DNA of 64,000 nucleotides, from contig CP075496.1 of assembly GCA_021613535.1 (NCBI GenBank), forward strand, positions 13,888,001 through 13,952,000. The letters are read 5' to 3'. The stretch is from Adineta vaga. Its lineage: Eukaryota; Animalia; Rotifera. Position 1 is the stretch's first letter. Each line of letters begins with the position of its first letter. Positions 39,572 through 51,519 of the stretch are shown here, in pieces. The position numbers were made by a program, and so were the translations under genes. Under the pieces are notes generated by a model that did not search any database, was not told where the DNA came from, and saw nothing but the letters and a program-made list of their open reading frames with translations.

Positions 39572-40642
39572 TCATATAAATTTATTAATAAGAATTTCAA
39601 TTCGTCTTAATTTAGAATAATCAGTTTGAGTCCATTTTACTTTCATTATACCATTTAATCGATTAGCTCTTTCATATAATATTTTACGATTGTTTTCTAA
39701 ACTTATTTGTGCAACATCATCATTATCAATATTGATGAATAAATTACCTTTTATATCAATATGAATATAAGAAATTTGTTCGAGAATTGGCCACCAAGAC
39801 AATGTAAAAAAGTTGACAAATAATTCGGGTAAAATATGTTTTTCGTAATATAAATCGAAATGCTTTAGACAAGGCATAGTTGAATGTAATTCTTTGAAAC
39901 AATTCGATATAAAATGAGCATTTGATAGTTTAAGTTTAAGAAAACGAAGATCAGGAAGAAGAAAAGTTAAATTATTGAAAATTGTTTGATCCAAAAAACT
40001 AAAATATGAACCAAAGATTTTCACACGTCGTAATTTTGGCATTGATTTTAAAAGTAAATTGATTATTTGATTATCAACATTTTTTAAAAATGTGATAAAA
40101 AGTTGTTTAATATTATTGATTTTATCAATTCGATCATCTATTACAAATACTGAATCTTGTAAAATCAAATGACAAATACGTAATGTTGGAATAGTAAGAA
40201 TTGACTGAAGAGATGATTTATCTAATATGAAATTTAATGATAAATATTCTAAATGTGAAAATCCATTGAAAATTTGACAAATTGATGATTTATAGGATTG
40301 ATCTTGAGAAGATATATGAATAAATAAAGTTCGTAATTGGGTCATTTTTTGAGAATATAATTGAAGAAATTGAAGTAAATCAATTGATCGATATTCTAAA
40401 GGACATCGAAGATATTTTACACGATGAAGTATTGTTTCAATCGAATAGGATCTATTTTGATTGAAGAAATTTTTATGATCTATTTTTCTCAATCGAAGAT
40501 TAAAAAAAAGATAATTTGATGAAAGAATTTCATTGAAATACGAATTTAAATCATGAAAAGCATGGAAAAGATGATGAACTTCGAAATATTGAAATATCAT
40601 CAACCAGATTTCAGAAGGTAATTGTTCAGCATATGTCGACAT
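39572..40642 (-). CDS. F-box domain protein with LRR/RNI-like repeats, intronless
   Basis: N-terminal EQLPSEIWLMIFQYF..LFHAFHDLNSYFNEIL (F-box-like); repeated LxxLxL motifs (LRTLFI, LEYLSL, LRICHL, MPKLRRVKI, LPDLRFLKL, MPCLKHFDL). Confidence 0.75.
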   Translation of the reverse strand: MSTYAEQLPSEIWLMIFQYFEVHHLFHAFHDLNSYFNEILSSNYLFFNLRLRKIDHKNFFNQNRSYSIETILHRVKYLRCPLEYRSIDLLQFLQLYSQKMTQLRTLFIHISSQDQSYKSSICQIFNGFSHLEYLSLNFILDKSSLQSILTIPTLRICHLILQDSVFVIDDRIDKINNIKQLFITFLKNVDNQIINLLLKSMPKLRRVKIFGSYFSFLDQTIFNNLTFLLPDLRFLKLKLSNAHFISNCFKELHSTMPCLKHFDLYYEKHILPELFVNFFTLSWWPILEQISYIHIDIKGNLFINIDNDDVAQISLENNRKILYERANRLNGIMKVKWTQTDYSKLRRIEILINKFI

Positions 40643-40957
40643 TCTTGTAATGTGATAGTAAAAGTAATTGAGTAAGTACGAAAGGTTTTAATAACGTTGA
40701 GTATTTCGCCAATATAGATTTCACGAAATAGAGGGAGCTGTATGAAATTTGACATACGCGAAAAGATAAGAAGAGAAAATCAGTTGTTTTGAATCGTTTT
40801 CCGAAGGTTTTGAAAAAAAACAAAACCTTCGATTGAACTAAATTTGTTTTTTTTTTATTTTCTTCTCAATGCCACACTGGCTGTCTGAATATAACAAACA
40901 AAAAACAAGAACAATAATGGAAAAATGAAACAAATAACGAAAGGCTTTTTCTTCATT

Positions 40958-43007
40958 TTAATCGGAATCTTCTTTCGTTTTCTTCTTATGTTTTTTATGT
41001 TTTTTTTCACTTGTTGATTCACCTAATGTCTAAATTATACAAAATAAAAACGAATAATTGAAAATAATAGCAATCAATTAACTTACTGAATTATCAGCAG
41101 CGGATGATGTTTGCATTGGTTCTTCTTCATCTTCTTCAAGTTTTTGTTTTTTTTCTTTCTTTTTCTTTTCGGATTTCGAATCATCGAGATTACTTGTCGA
41201 AACAATTGATTCATCATGTGAACGCTGGAAAAGAATCAAATCTATTTTATATGAATTTTATTTTGAATTTATTTACTTTTGAAGCTGCTGGATTTGCATT
41301 AACATCATAAAGCATATCACGCCAATTTTTCGGTGTTTGTTCAGTTGGTTTACCGAATTTACCGAGAATACCTTCTTTAATCATTAATTTCTTTTTCGAT
41401 GCCTAAAATAAGATTTCACTTTTCTAAATTATTCATCAACATTAAAATGAAACTTACAACTGGACCAAAACCCCATTTTCTTGGATAAGTATCTCGTTCC
41501 ATAACAACACGTTTGATTTTAGCAGCAATACCATGATCACATGTTGCCATAGTTGCTGTTGTCATTAAAGCAATACCTAAAGCAACAGCTTCACCTTTCG
41601 TTGTTGTAATAACAATTTGTTCATTTATTTCAATTCCATCTTCATAACGGAGAATACCAGGTAATAATAATTTCGCACCATAACAAACTGCATTAACCTG
41701 AAACAGCACAAATCGAAAAAATTAAACTCCTAAAACAAAAGAATTTCAATACATACAGCACTGTCTTTAATAATAATACGTTTATGTGAAACAAGTAATG
41801 CTTCTAATGGTTTAATAACACGACGAAGATATTTTTCATCTTTATTATGCATATAATCATATGTTGCATCAATTACATCGTGCATTGTTACCATTCCTTC
41901 CTGAGAAAATAAAATTGAAATGAATTGATCAAAGAGAAATCGTATTTCTTACTCCTTCGGATTGAATACCCGATCGAACACGGCGTAGTTCTTGCATAAT
42001 ACCACCAACACCCAATAAAAGACCCATATGAACACATAATGTTCGAATATATGTACCCGCTTCGCAACTAACCCAAAAGATACCTAGATAATAAGGAAAC
42101 ATTTTCTTACGAAAATATCAATGAATTAAATAAATTCTTTACCAATATTTCGTCGTTGATCAAATTCTAATAATTTACTTTCATAAATTGTTCGAATACG
42201 TAATTGTTTTTTAACAGCAGCAATTACAGGTGGTTTTTGAAATACGGCACCAGTTAAAGATTCAAGTGTCTTTAAAAACATTTCAATTTAATTTCAAAGA
42301 AACAATTTATCAATTATTAAACTTACACGTTCAACTTTTTTCACTTCATCAATTGGCGAATGAAAACGTACAACACCAATATATTCTTTACCAGCTGATT
42401 GTTGAGATTTAACAAGACGTGTTGCACGTTCAATACAAACGATTAAACAACCCGATACTTTCGGATCTAATGTTCCTGAATGACCTGTTTTTGAGACGGG
42501 TAATGCTTTACAAAGAATACGTTTGACCCAAGCAACAACTTCATGAGATGATGGATTTACTGGTTTATCCAAATTAATAAATCCTGATCTAATTAACAAT
42601 GAAAATTCATTTCTTATGTAATAAATTCTCTAAATCTATTAATTTACTTGATATATTCATCAATTGGTCGTTGTAACGGTGAACAGCCAGCAGCGATTGC
42701 TAAAACAAATGAATTACAAAAATCAATCAATCAATCCTACGATCTTCTTACGTGTATAATGATTCGAACGAACATTTAAACGATCGAAATTCTAGAAAAA
42801 AACATAATTCGAACAAAACTTATTGAAAACAAAAACGAAGTCAAATACTTTGAGAAGAAGTGGCCAATCGGATGTATTTAATTTTCCTGCAGATGATGAT
42901 GGTTCAACATAGAATTTACCTTGATGTTGAATATCCTAATAAAATCAATCGGAAATCAGATGATAATCTCGATATAGACGACTTACAGCAATACTTTTGC
43001 TTGCCAT
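40958..43007 (-). CDS. DKC1: Dyskerin / Cbf5 H/ACA RNP pseudouridine synthase
   Basis: WPLLLK|[13 protein letters not shown]; [19 protein letters not shown]; [16 protein letters not shown] (catalytic Asp); PUA domain [15 protein letters not shown]; [15 protein letters not shown]; Lys-rich tail. Confidence 0.97.
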
Positions 43008-43761
43008 GAACAAAGTAATATAAGAATTAAACTAAAGCGAGAAAAAGAATTCTTCTTAAAAGTTTACGATATAGTTCTTATGAAATGAACTTATTGGATG
43101 TGCACTCGAAAAAGTTTCTATGAAGAACAATGGGAATCTTATCGGTATGGTTAAATCTTAACGAATTAAGTTTGGAGACGAAATTTTTGGAGGAAGAATT
43201 TAAGATTGAATTTGAAAAGATTATTTATCTTTTCAAAAGGAAAAAAAACTCAAGAAATCAAATAAAATTAGCGATTGTAGAGAAATATATTTTCATAAAT
43301 AATCAATGAAATAATGTTTTACAACGACATCTATGTTATACTATGAAAGTTTATTGAAATCTTCATGTCATTTTAACACCACTCATTCCACCTTTGAACT
43401 TAATTTAGAAAAAGTACAAATTATTGTATTAAGCTCAGTTTATGTTATTATGACGTATAGATAAGCAGACATATAAAGGACACTTTGTCAAAAAATATGA
43501 TTTCCTTTTTAAGATCTTTTATATATCATCAAGAGAAGACAAAAGAAACATTAAAGTATTGATTTTATCAGATTTCTTCGAAGACATTCGCGTAATAAAC
43601 CATTCATTTCAACATCTATCACCTCTGATGGAATTAATTCAATACCTTTTTTTGCTTTTTAGTTTATTTTAAGGATCAGTTTAATCAACCGAAGAAAGTA
43701 AAGAGTGCAGAAATAGTGAAACTACCTTTTTATTAATTTCTAAAGTCTAAATGTTTTTTTC

Positions 43762-43787
43762 TTGTTGTTGTTGTTGTTGTTGTTGTT
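43762..43787. repeat. (TTG)n microsatellite
   Basis: ttgttgttgttgttgttgttgttgtt. Confidence 0.8.
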
Positions 43788-44662
43788 ATTGAATGAAGTG
43801 AAAAAGACATGTTTTTTCTCATTTGGAATTATCATTCTAATGACTTCTTTCCAGAAAGAGAAAGTAAAACTAATCTTCTATGGAAAACGTTGATAGTTTA
43901 TTTAAAACCAATGAATTGAACTAACAGTTATTTTATTTCTCTAATGATATTGAATATCTATGAAATAATTTCATTTGAATGAACATAATTAAACTTGATC
44001 TATTTATAAATAGAACGCCCTCATTAGATGACACTATATGACTTAGAAAGATATTTTAGCAGGAGATTTTGTTTGATGAAAAACTTTTACAATGACTTAA
44101 CTGACGAGAGTTGAGGAGCAAAAATTATATATTTTTTTTCTCTCTCTCTCTTTCTCTCGACTTAATTAAAGTCTTTTATCATTACCCTAACATCGTCTTT
44201 CATAAGATGAGAATATTTTCCTTATCTTTCGTGATATTAAAGAAAAGCAGCTTAACAACACGTTCACTTCTATGATAGATAATTAATAGATAGATAGATA
44301 GAGAAAGTGAGAGTGAGAGAGAGGAAAAAAAGAAGTTAGTTAAAAAAAAAGGCAACTGCGTAAGATGAAACCTTCTTCTTCTTCTTCTTCTTTACTTAAT
44401 AGAAAACGTCACGAACAGAACAGTAAAAAGAAAATTTTTTAATGGTTAAATAGAAAAAAAAAATTAAAATTTACTAATTCTTCATCCAAGGTTAATGATG
44501 ACGTCAGTTATCTATGTATATACCTTGAAGAAAAAGAAAGCTTTATTTGTTGCTCACGGTAAATTACGCACAAATGAATGTGTGGTTGAAAGTCGTTTTT
44601 ATTAATAAAAAAAAAAGAATGAAGATTAAAAAAAGAGAGAAAACAAAAATAGAAGATTTATA

Positions 44663-45422
44663 TCACGACAATGTTTTCTTTGTTGTTGCTGTTGATGGTG
44701 TTGCTGATAGAAATTGACTTGTTGTTAACGTAAATAATTTTGTCCATGCTAATTCATGTTTTATTGTCCATTCTTTTCCGTTCTGATACATTGAACTTTT
44801 TAAACTTTCAAGAAATGATTCACAAATAACCTAAAATAAACAATGAACAAAAATGAACTTTCCAAACAACATTAAATTTACATCCACATGATTTTGAGTG
44901 ATTTTATATTCAGCATGAGATTCAGCGACGCGACGAAAAGATTCATTCATTACATTTGTATTATTTGGATTCGTTGGCGTCATTCGTGTTACCATTGTCA
45001 TTATAACTTGATCAACTTTTTCTAAAATCTTATAACCATGTTGACAATAAACTTGTTTTGCTAATGCATCTCGATTAATACTTGAATCATTTTCACTAAA
45101 TGTTAAATTATTACTTTGTTCAAGATAAGCATTATACCAATAATTGATTAATGTTGAACTTTTTTTCAATGCTCTATAAACGCAACAAAAAATGCACAAC
45201 ATTGAAATTCTTTTTGTTTGAAGGAAAATGTGAGAAAAAATGTTCTTTTTACCTATCCATTATATCATCGCCTAATTTCTTCATATTATTTTGTTTAACG
45301 ATAACCCAAACTTCTTTCAATTTGATTTTTTCGTCGGCATTAAACGTCGAATCATGATTAACTTCTCCATCTTCAGCTGGCTTAATCGCTGTTGGTGGTC
45401 CAATTGATGGTGCACATCCCAT
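44663..45422 (-). CDS. Globin with N-terminal Gly2/Cys3 acylation motif (globin X-like)
   Basis: MGCAPS start; A-helix FNADEKIKLKEVW; distal QHGYKIL; proximal VAESHAEYKI; H-helix EWTIKHELAWTKLF; introns at positions matching B12.2 (AG|A) and G7.0 (HVD|VIC). Confidence 0.85.
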
Positions 45423-46170
45423 AGTTTTTTGTTTGTTCGATATCAAACAGCTAGAATATATAAAATGCTCGTACCAGCTAACATTCAGACTAGGAAAAAA
45501 AAGAGAGTAGAATCTTCTTTTGCTTCTCTCACTCTGTCTCTCTCTTTCTCTTCACTATTTTTTTTCTTCTCTTCACAGAATCTAATTGTGAAACGAATGC
45601 ATAATCATGTTTTTCATCCTTCTCTTTTCCCGTTGACAGAAGTCATCCTTTACTATTCTCTTTTCTTTTCATCAACTTTTTTCTTCTTCTCGAGATGTTT
45701 CTCAACTCTGTTTAGCAAATAAACAGAACTTTTTAACTAATCGTCTCTAATATACTTTGTTCCAAACTAATTGAATCATAGTTTTCTTTTATTAAAACAG
45801 ATATTCAATTGGTAAGTTACCGATTTTAGTCTTCACGTTAAGATAGAAGTAAAGTCTATTACTTCAAGAATAGTACATTGTTTCAAATCTCTCTCGCCCA
45901 CTCTTTCTTCTCACTCTATTCTGGTTTCGATGACCGTAAGACAGACACAGTTTGAAATGTCTTTTCATAGAATTTCTTTGTCAATTAATCGATTTCGATT
46001 GGATCCTAGTTTATCATTACTATTCCTAACAACAGTCAAAATTCTGAATCATGAAAATTGAAATTAGAACATCGTTTTTATTGAATAAAAATGAAAAGAA
46101 AAATTTCGCGCTTTAATTTCTAAGTGTTAGTTTATCTTTCATCTAATACAAATATAAATATACAAATCCA

Positions 46171-49100
46171 ATGGCACCATTGAAACAATCGAAGAAAAAG
46201 AAGAAGAAGAAGAAGAAATCGAAAAAAAAGAAAAATATCAATGGAGAAATCTTGTCAAATCCATCAGTGATAACTGACGAACAAAAAGAGTTCTATTTAG
46301 ATCAAATTAATTCTTTGGAACCACGTTTAATCAAGTATGTTTTACATTTGACTGTATTCACCGAGATCATTATATCCAGCTTGAGATAATTCTTTGCGTA
46401 AATCATCATATACAGTTGGATCTTCGATAGTACTTGGAATACGAAATGATTTACCATTGAGTAAAGCAGCTAAGGTATTTCGTGCAACTTTTCCCGAACG
46501 AGTTTTTGGTAAACGTTTAACAGCAACAAATTTTTTGAATGCAGCAACAGGACCAATTTCTTCTCGAACAATTGCCACAATTGCTTTTTCGATGTCTTTT
46601 GGACTTGTTAAAAAGAAAGTTTTCGATAAGATTAGAAAAAAAAAATGAAATTTTCTTTTTAACTCACTTCGTCTTTTCCTCGGATTTATTTAAGACAATG
46701 AAAGCAAATGGTTGTTGACCTTTGACATCATCTTTTAATCCAATAACTGCACATTCAGAGACTTTTCCACTTTCAACAATTGCCTGTTCAATATGTCCAC
46801 CTGATAAACGATGACCAGCAACATTTAAAACATCATCAGCACGAGATGATGTTTCGATAAAACCATCAGATGTTCGTATTCCAACATCCATTGTATCATA
46901 ATAACCAGGATATTTTGTAAAATAAGTTTCATGAAAAAGTTTATCATTTTTCCATAATGTTGTAAAACATCCAGGAGGTAATGGAAGTTTAAGAACGATT
47001 CGACCTAATTCATCACTGGGACATTCATCTTCTTCAACAGAATTTTTATCAGATGAAAATAAATGTAGATTATAACCGGGACATGGACGTCCAGCACAAC
47101 CTGGTGGACCGAGATCCTTCGAAGAAAATGATTATAATATAGATAAATCGAAAAAAAAGATTTCTCTTCTTACTGTTTGTTTTCCAAGACCTAAACAAAC
47201 AGCTGTAACAGGTGCTCCTGTTTCTGTTTGCCAATAATGATCGATTACAGGTCGATGTCCAAAAATATCTCGTGCCCATAATAATGTATCTCGATCACAA
47301 TGTTCACCAGCAACAAATAAAGCTCGAAGATTTGTCATAGGATATTTCGTTGCATGTTTATTATCGGGATCATTTTGACGAATAATTCGTAATGCTGTTG
47401 GAGACCAAAATGAACTAACAGCTTTATGATCATTGATTACACGAAAGAATGCGGAAGCATCTGGTGTACCAATTGGTTTACCTTCATAGATAACTGTAGT
47501 AGATCCATTCAATAATGGACCATAACATCCATAAGAATGACCTACAACCTTCATAATAGAATAAAATTGATTGGTTTTGTTTTAACATAAGAAACAAAGA
47601 TTTACCCATCCAAGATCAGCAGCAGACCACCAAACTTCTCCAGGATGAACATTATATAAATATTTCATTGTCCATTGTAACATAACAGCATACCCACCTG
47701 TAGGACGAACAATCGCTTTAGGTGTACCAGTTGTACCTGAAGATAAAGAATGAGATTTCTTTTTGACAAATAATTCGTAGAAAGTGATATTACCCGATGT
47801 ATAAAGTAAATAAAGTGGATGATTAGATTCTACTGGTTCACAATCATGATGATCACGTGCACTAGCCATGATATCATTCCAGTCATGGTCTCTTCCAGAA
47901 ATTAATTTTGCTTGTTTTTCTTCCGATCGATTATAAATAATACATCGAATTGAATCATTGTTCAATCCACTTTTTTTTATTGCTTCATCAACAATTGTTT
48001 TATAATTAATAACTCGTTGAGGTTCAAATCCAGCGTTAACTAAACAAATAATAAAAAAAAAAGAAACATTTTCAATCCTATATATATATATATATCTTCT
48101 ATTCCTTGTTACCTGAAATTAAAATTTTTGGTTCAGAATGTTTAATTCGAACTGCTAATTCATTTGAACTAAATCCACCAAAGACAAGATTATGTATCGC
48201 ACCAATTCGAGCACAAGCTAACATTGCAATAATTGCTTGTGGAATCATCGGCATATAAATTAAAACAACATCACCTTTTTTCACTGCAAATTTTTTACTT
48301 AAAACATTTGCCATAAGTTTAACTTCATGCAAAAGTTGTTTATATGTTACATGTTCTACTTTTCCAGTCATTGCTGAATCATGAATAATAGCAGTTTGAT
48401 TACCATGTTTGGGAATATGTCGATCAAGACAATTATAAGTCATATTCAATTGACCATCTTGAAACCAATGTGGTCTAATAAGATTGTCTTTATTATAAGT
48501 TGAGTTCCATTTTTTAAACCAAAAAATCTTTTGTGCTTGTTCACTCCAGAATTTTTCGGGATGTTCAATACTTGATCGATAAACATTTGTATAAGTCGAA
48601 CTACGACGAATGAATGTTCGATACATTTGAATAATCTTGAAAAAGAAGAAAAAAGAAACCCGAATCTTATATTTAGATATGAAAAACGTTGTGATGAATT
48701 AGAATTAATGTGTCGTTCATATGGTGATCAATATGAAATTTTATTGAAAGATAAACGTGATATATCATCGTATTTAAAAAAACAATTAGAATTACGTAAT
48801 GAACAAGTGTTTGATTTAAATGATCGATTAATTGGTTTACAAAAAGCCAAAGATCAAGAAAAAGATTTCTATGAAAAAACTTTTCAAGATTTCAAAGAAA
48901 AAACTCAAAAAGAAATTGAAAAACTTGAAAATGATAATTTATTACTAAGTATTTTCATTGATAAAGCAAAAAGAATTTCCTTATTCATTTATAGAAACAC
49001 GTTTAATTGCTTTGGATGAATTTAAATATCAACGTCAAACAATGGAAACAAGAATTGAAGAATTAGAAAATTTAATTCAACAAAAAGAAGATGCTTATCG

Positions 49101-49793
49101 TTTTGCTCTTGATCAAATAGAAATTGCATTGATTCTTTTTAAAAATAGGTTCAAAATCGATTGTAAAGAATGTATTTCATTCGAATTCTTTTCAGATTAA
49201 AAAAAGAAGCAATTCAATATTTAAATGATCTTGCTATTGAATTTCATCGAACTACAAAACATCAATTATCTCAAACAATTCAACGTACAATTCATGAAAA
49301 CTTTTATCTTAACAATCAAATTAAGAATTTATCTACTCAATTAGAAAAATCATTTGAAACAAATCGAAAAACAGAAGAAAATAATCAACAGTTAACACGA
49401 ACCATTGCTATTCTTCAAGATATTGAAACACAATCAGCAAATCAAATTTTTACTACAGAAAATGTCAAGTTTAATCGTATGAAAAGTAAAATAATGAACA
49501 AAATTTTCTCATTTCAGATTATTCGAATGCTCTGTAAACAATTGAAAGAATGTAAAGAAGAAAAAGTGATGAAAACAAAAATCATTGAATTAAAAACAAC
49601 GAACGAAAACAAACCGGATGAATTGAAACCAGAAAGTATATGTAAAAAAAACGAAGAAGAATCGATCGAATTAAAAAGTTTCAAAGAAGAAAATTATCTA
49701 TTAAAAAATATTATCGATCGTGCAGCAATTGCTATTAATAATGTTATTCAGGTATTCTTTAAAACGATGACTTACATGAATATATATAGATAA
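46171..49793 (+). CDS. CFAP157: Cilia- and flagella-associated protein 157 homolog (exon 1 46171-46334, exon 2 from 48677; 3' end uncertain)
   Basis: MAP + Lys-rich start; EQKEFYLDQINSLEPRLIK|YEKRCDEL..KDKRDISSYLKKQL..DLNDRLIGLQKAKDQEKD..ALDEFKYQR..LAIEFHRTT..TIQRTIHEN follows the CFAP157 coiled-coil pattern; phase-2 donor AA|GTATGT at 46335 matches acceptor TTTAG|A at 48676. Confidence 0.85.
46342..48626 (-). CDS. ACSS3: Acyl-CoA synthetase short-chain family member 3-like (acetate/propionate-CoA ligase), probably mitochondrial; nested in CFAP157 intron 1
   Basis: Arg/Ser/Thr-rich presequence-like start; WFQDGQLNMTYNCLDRH; MLACARIGAIH; YTSG|TTGTPK; ADLGW|VVGHSY; DHYWQTETG; RADDVLNVAGHRLS; LPKTRSGK; PSTIEDP. 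Confidence 0.92.
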
Positions 49794-50500
49794 ATTGACT
49801 GTACTGAGATTTTAAGTACATAATTTCGATGACAACTCGATTGAGGTTAATGTACTTCGGGTGAAGAATGAACCAATGAAGAGAGAGAAAAGACAAGATT
49901 TTGAATAACAACTGATATCATAACTAAATAAGTAATCGATTGTCCTATCGAGCGATAAAATCACGTGTATGTGGTTTGGATATAAAGCGACACATGGCAG
50001 GTATTTCTATTGGATATACGAAAACGAACAGGACGATTTTAAATATATATATAAATACAATAGGAAACAAGTTTTAATAATGATAAAGATTAAACAGTAC
50101 ACATTCGTTGTGTAATGAACATTGATATCTATATTTAGTCTGAAGATAATCCGAATGAAATGTTAAAGAATGAAAAACGTTCTGAAATGCTTGAAGAATT
50201 TTTATCGATTCTTTTAACTTCACATCATTTGGGTCGAATTGAATTATCTTTTCAAAATCAATCATCTTTAACAAAAGGAATCTTTCCAGCAACACGTTTA
50301 GATTTACATCGAATGTATGTTTCAACTTAATTTATGAATTATCATCTAGAAACAAATCTTTCTTTAGTAGAACAGATCATCGTACTAAATCGACTAGTCA
50401 TTATCATCTTGGTGATTTAGGAATTGTTCCTTCTAATTGAATATTGTTTTGTTTTTTTGCTTTGAATATAAAAATCAAAAGGCGCTCTTTTGTTCGTATT

Positions 50501-51498
50501 ATGTCAATATTAGTCAAACGATATCCTTGGTCTGCTAATACAAATGTTCATAGTGAAACAAGTTTCACGACTGATAATACGAGTCTTTCAGATCTTAGTC
50601 CATCAGAAATAAGTAGAACGAATTATTCGAAACCAGTTCGACATTTATATCTTATTCGTCATGGTCAATATCAACGAGAAAGAAGCGAATCTGACGGACA
50701 TTTAACTGCTAAAGGACAGAAACAAGCATTGTATGCAGCAAATTTTCTTATCTCACAATTACCTGAAAATGTTCTATTTGATTCATTAACACATTCAGAT
50801 AGTAAAATGTGATTGTTCGAATGAAAATTCGTGACATCAATTTTGTCTTTCTATAGTGATTCGAACACGTGAAACAGCAACAATTATATATAAACAATTA
50901 AAATTAATGAATAAAATTGATATTGAATATTTTTCAATTGATACAGATTTTCGAGAACATAATTTATTATTTGGATTTTTAATCGAAGGTAATTTTAATC
51001 AATATTGATAATCTATAGACGAACTTTTTCAGCGTAGTCTTATTGAATTAGGTAATTGGCATGCATTAAAACGTGATTATTTTCATTTAAAAAAACAATT
51101 TCTCAAAAATAATCAAACAACATTTGAAATTATCGTTGCACATCGAAATATAATTGGTCATTGTATTGAATTATTAACCATGATTCAACCTGATAAATCC
51201 GTTGCTTACAATGCTTCGATTACAGTTAGAATATCCAATAGATTTTTCTCTCAATTTGTCCTCTTTCTTTTTTTCTTTCTTTCAGCATATTATTGTCGAT
51301 GAACGAAGTGTTCTAATTGATTATGCTTATAAACATGATTTTATTCCAGATGAACTTTTAACCATGTGGGAAATTTATCTTCCAATTCAAGAAAATCATC
51401 ATCATGAACAACAATATGTTCATTCCGATATCAATGGTATTCAAGGTCGAGAAAGAAAAGGTTGTTGTATTCGTTTATTTCTTTCATGTTTTCGTTAA
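50501..51498 (+). CDS. Histidine phosphatase superfamily, PGAM5-like protein phosphatase
   Basis: RHLYLIRHGQY, GHLTAKGQKQA, HSD|MIRTRETA, FEIIVAHRNII; exons join in frame with introns 50802-50856, 50989-51051 and ~51225-51285. Confidence 0.8.
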
Positions 51499-51519
51499 AT
51501 GAAAATGTTTTTATTGAAA

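Noticed and set aside
40958-43007. Possible intronic H/ACA snoRNAs in DKC1, as in other animals
   Set aside because: All introns are only ~45-65 nt, too short to host a snoRNA
44499-44506. Palindromic CRE sites TGACGTCA (also 61433-61440)
   Set aside because: An 8-mer occurring once or twice in 64 kb is near chance; no supporting context
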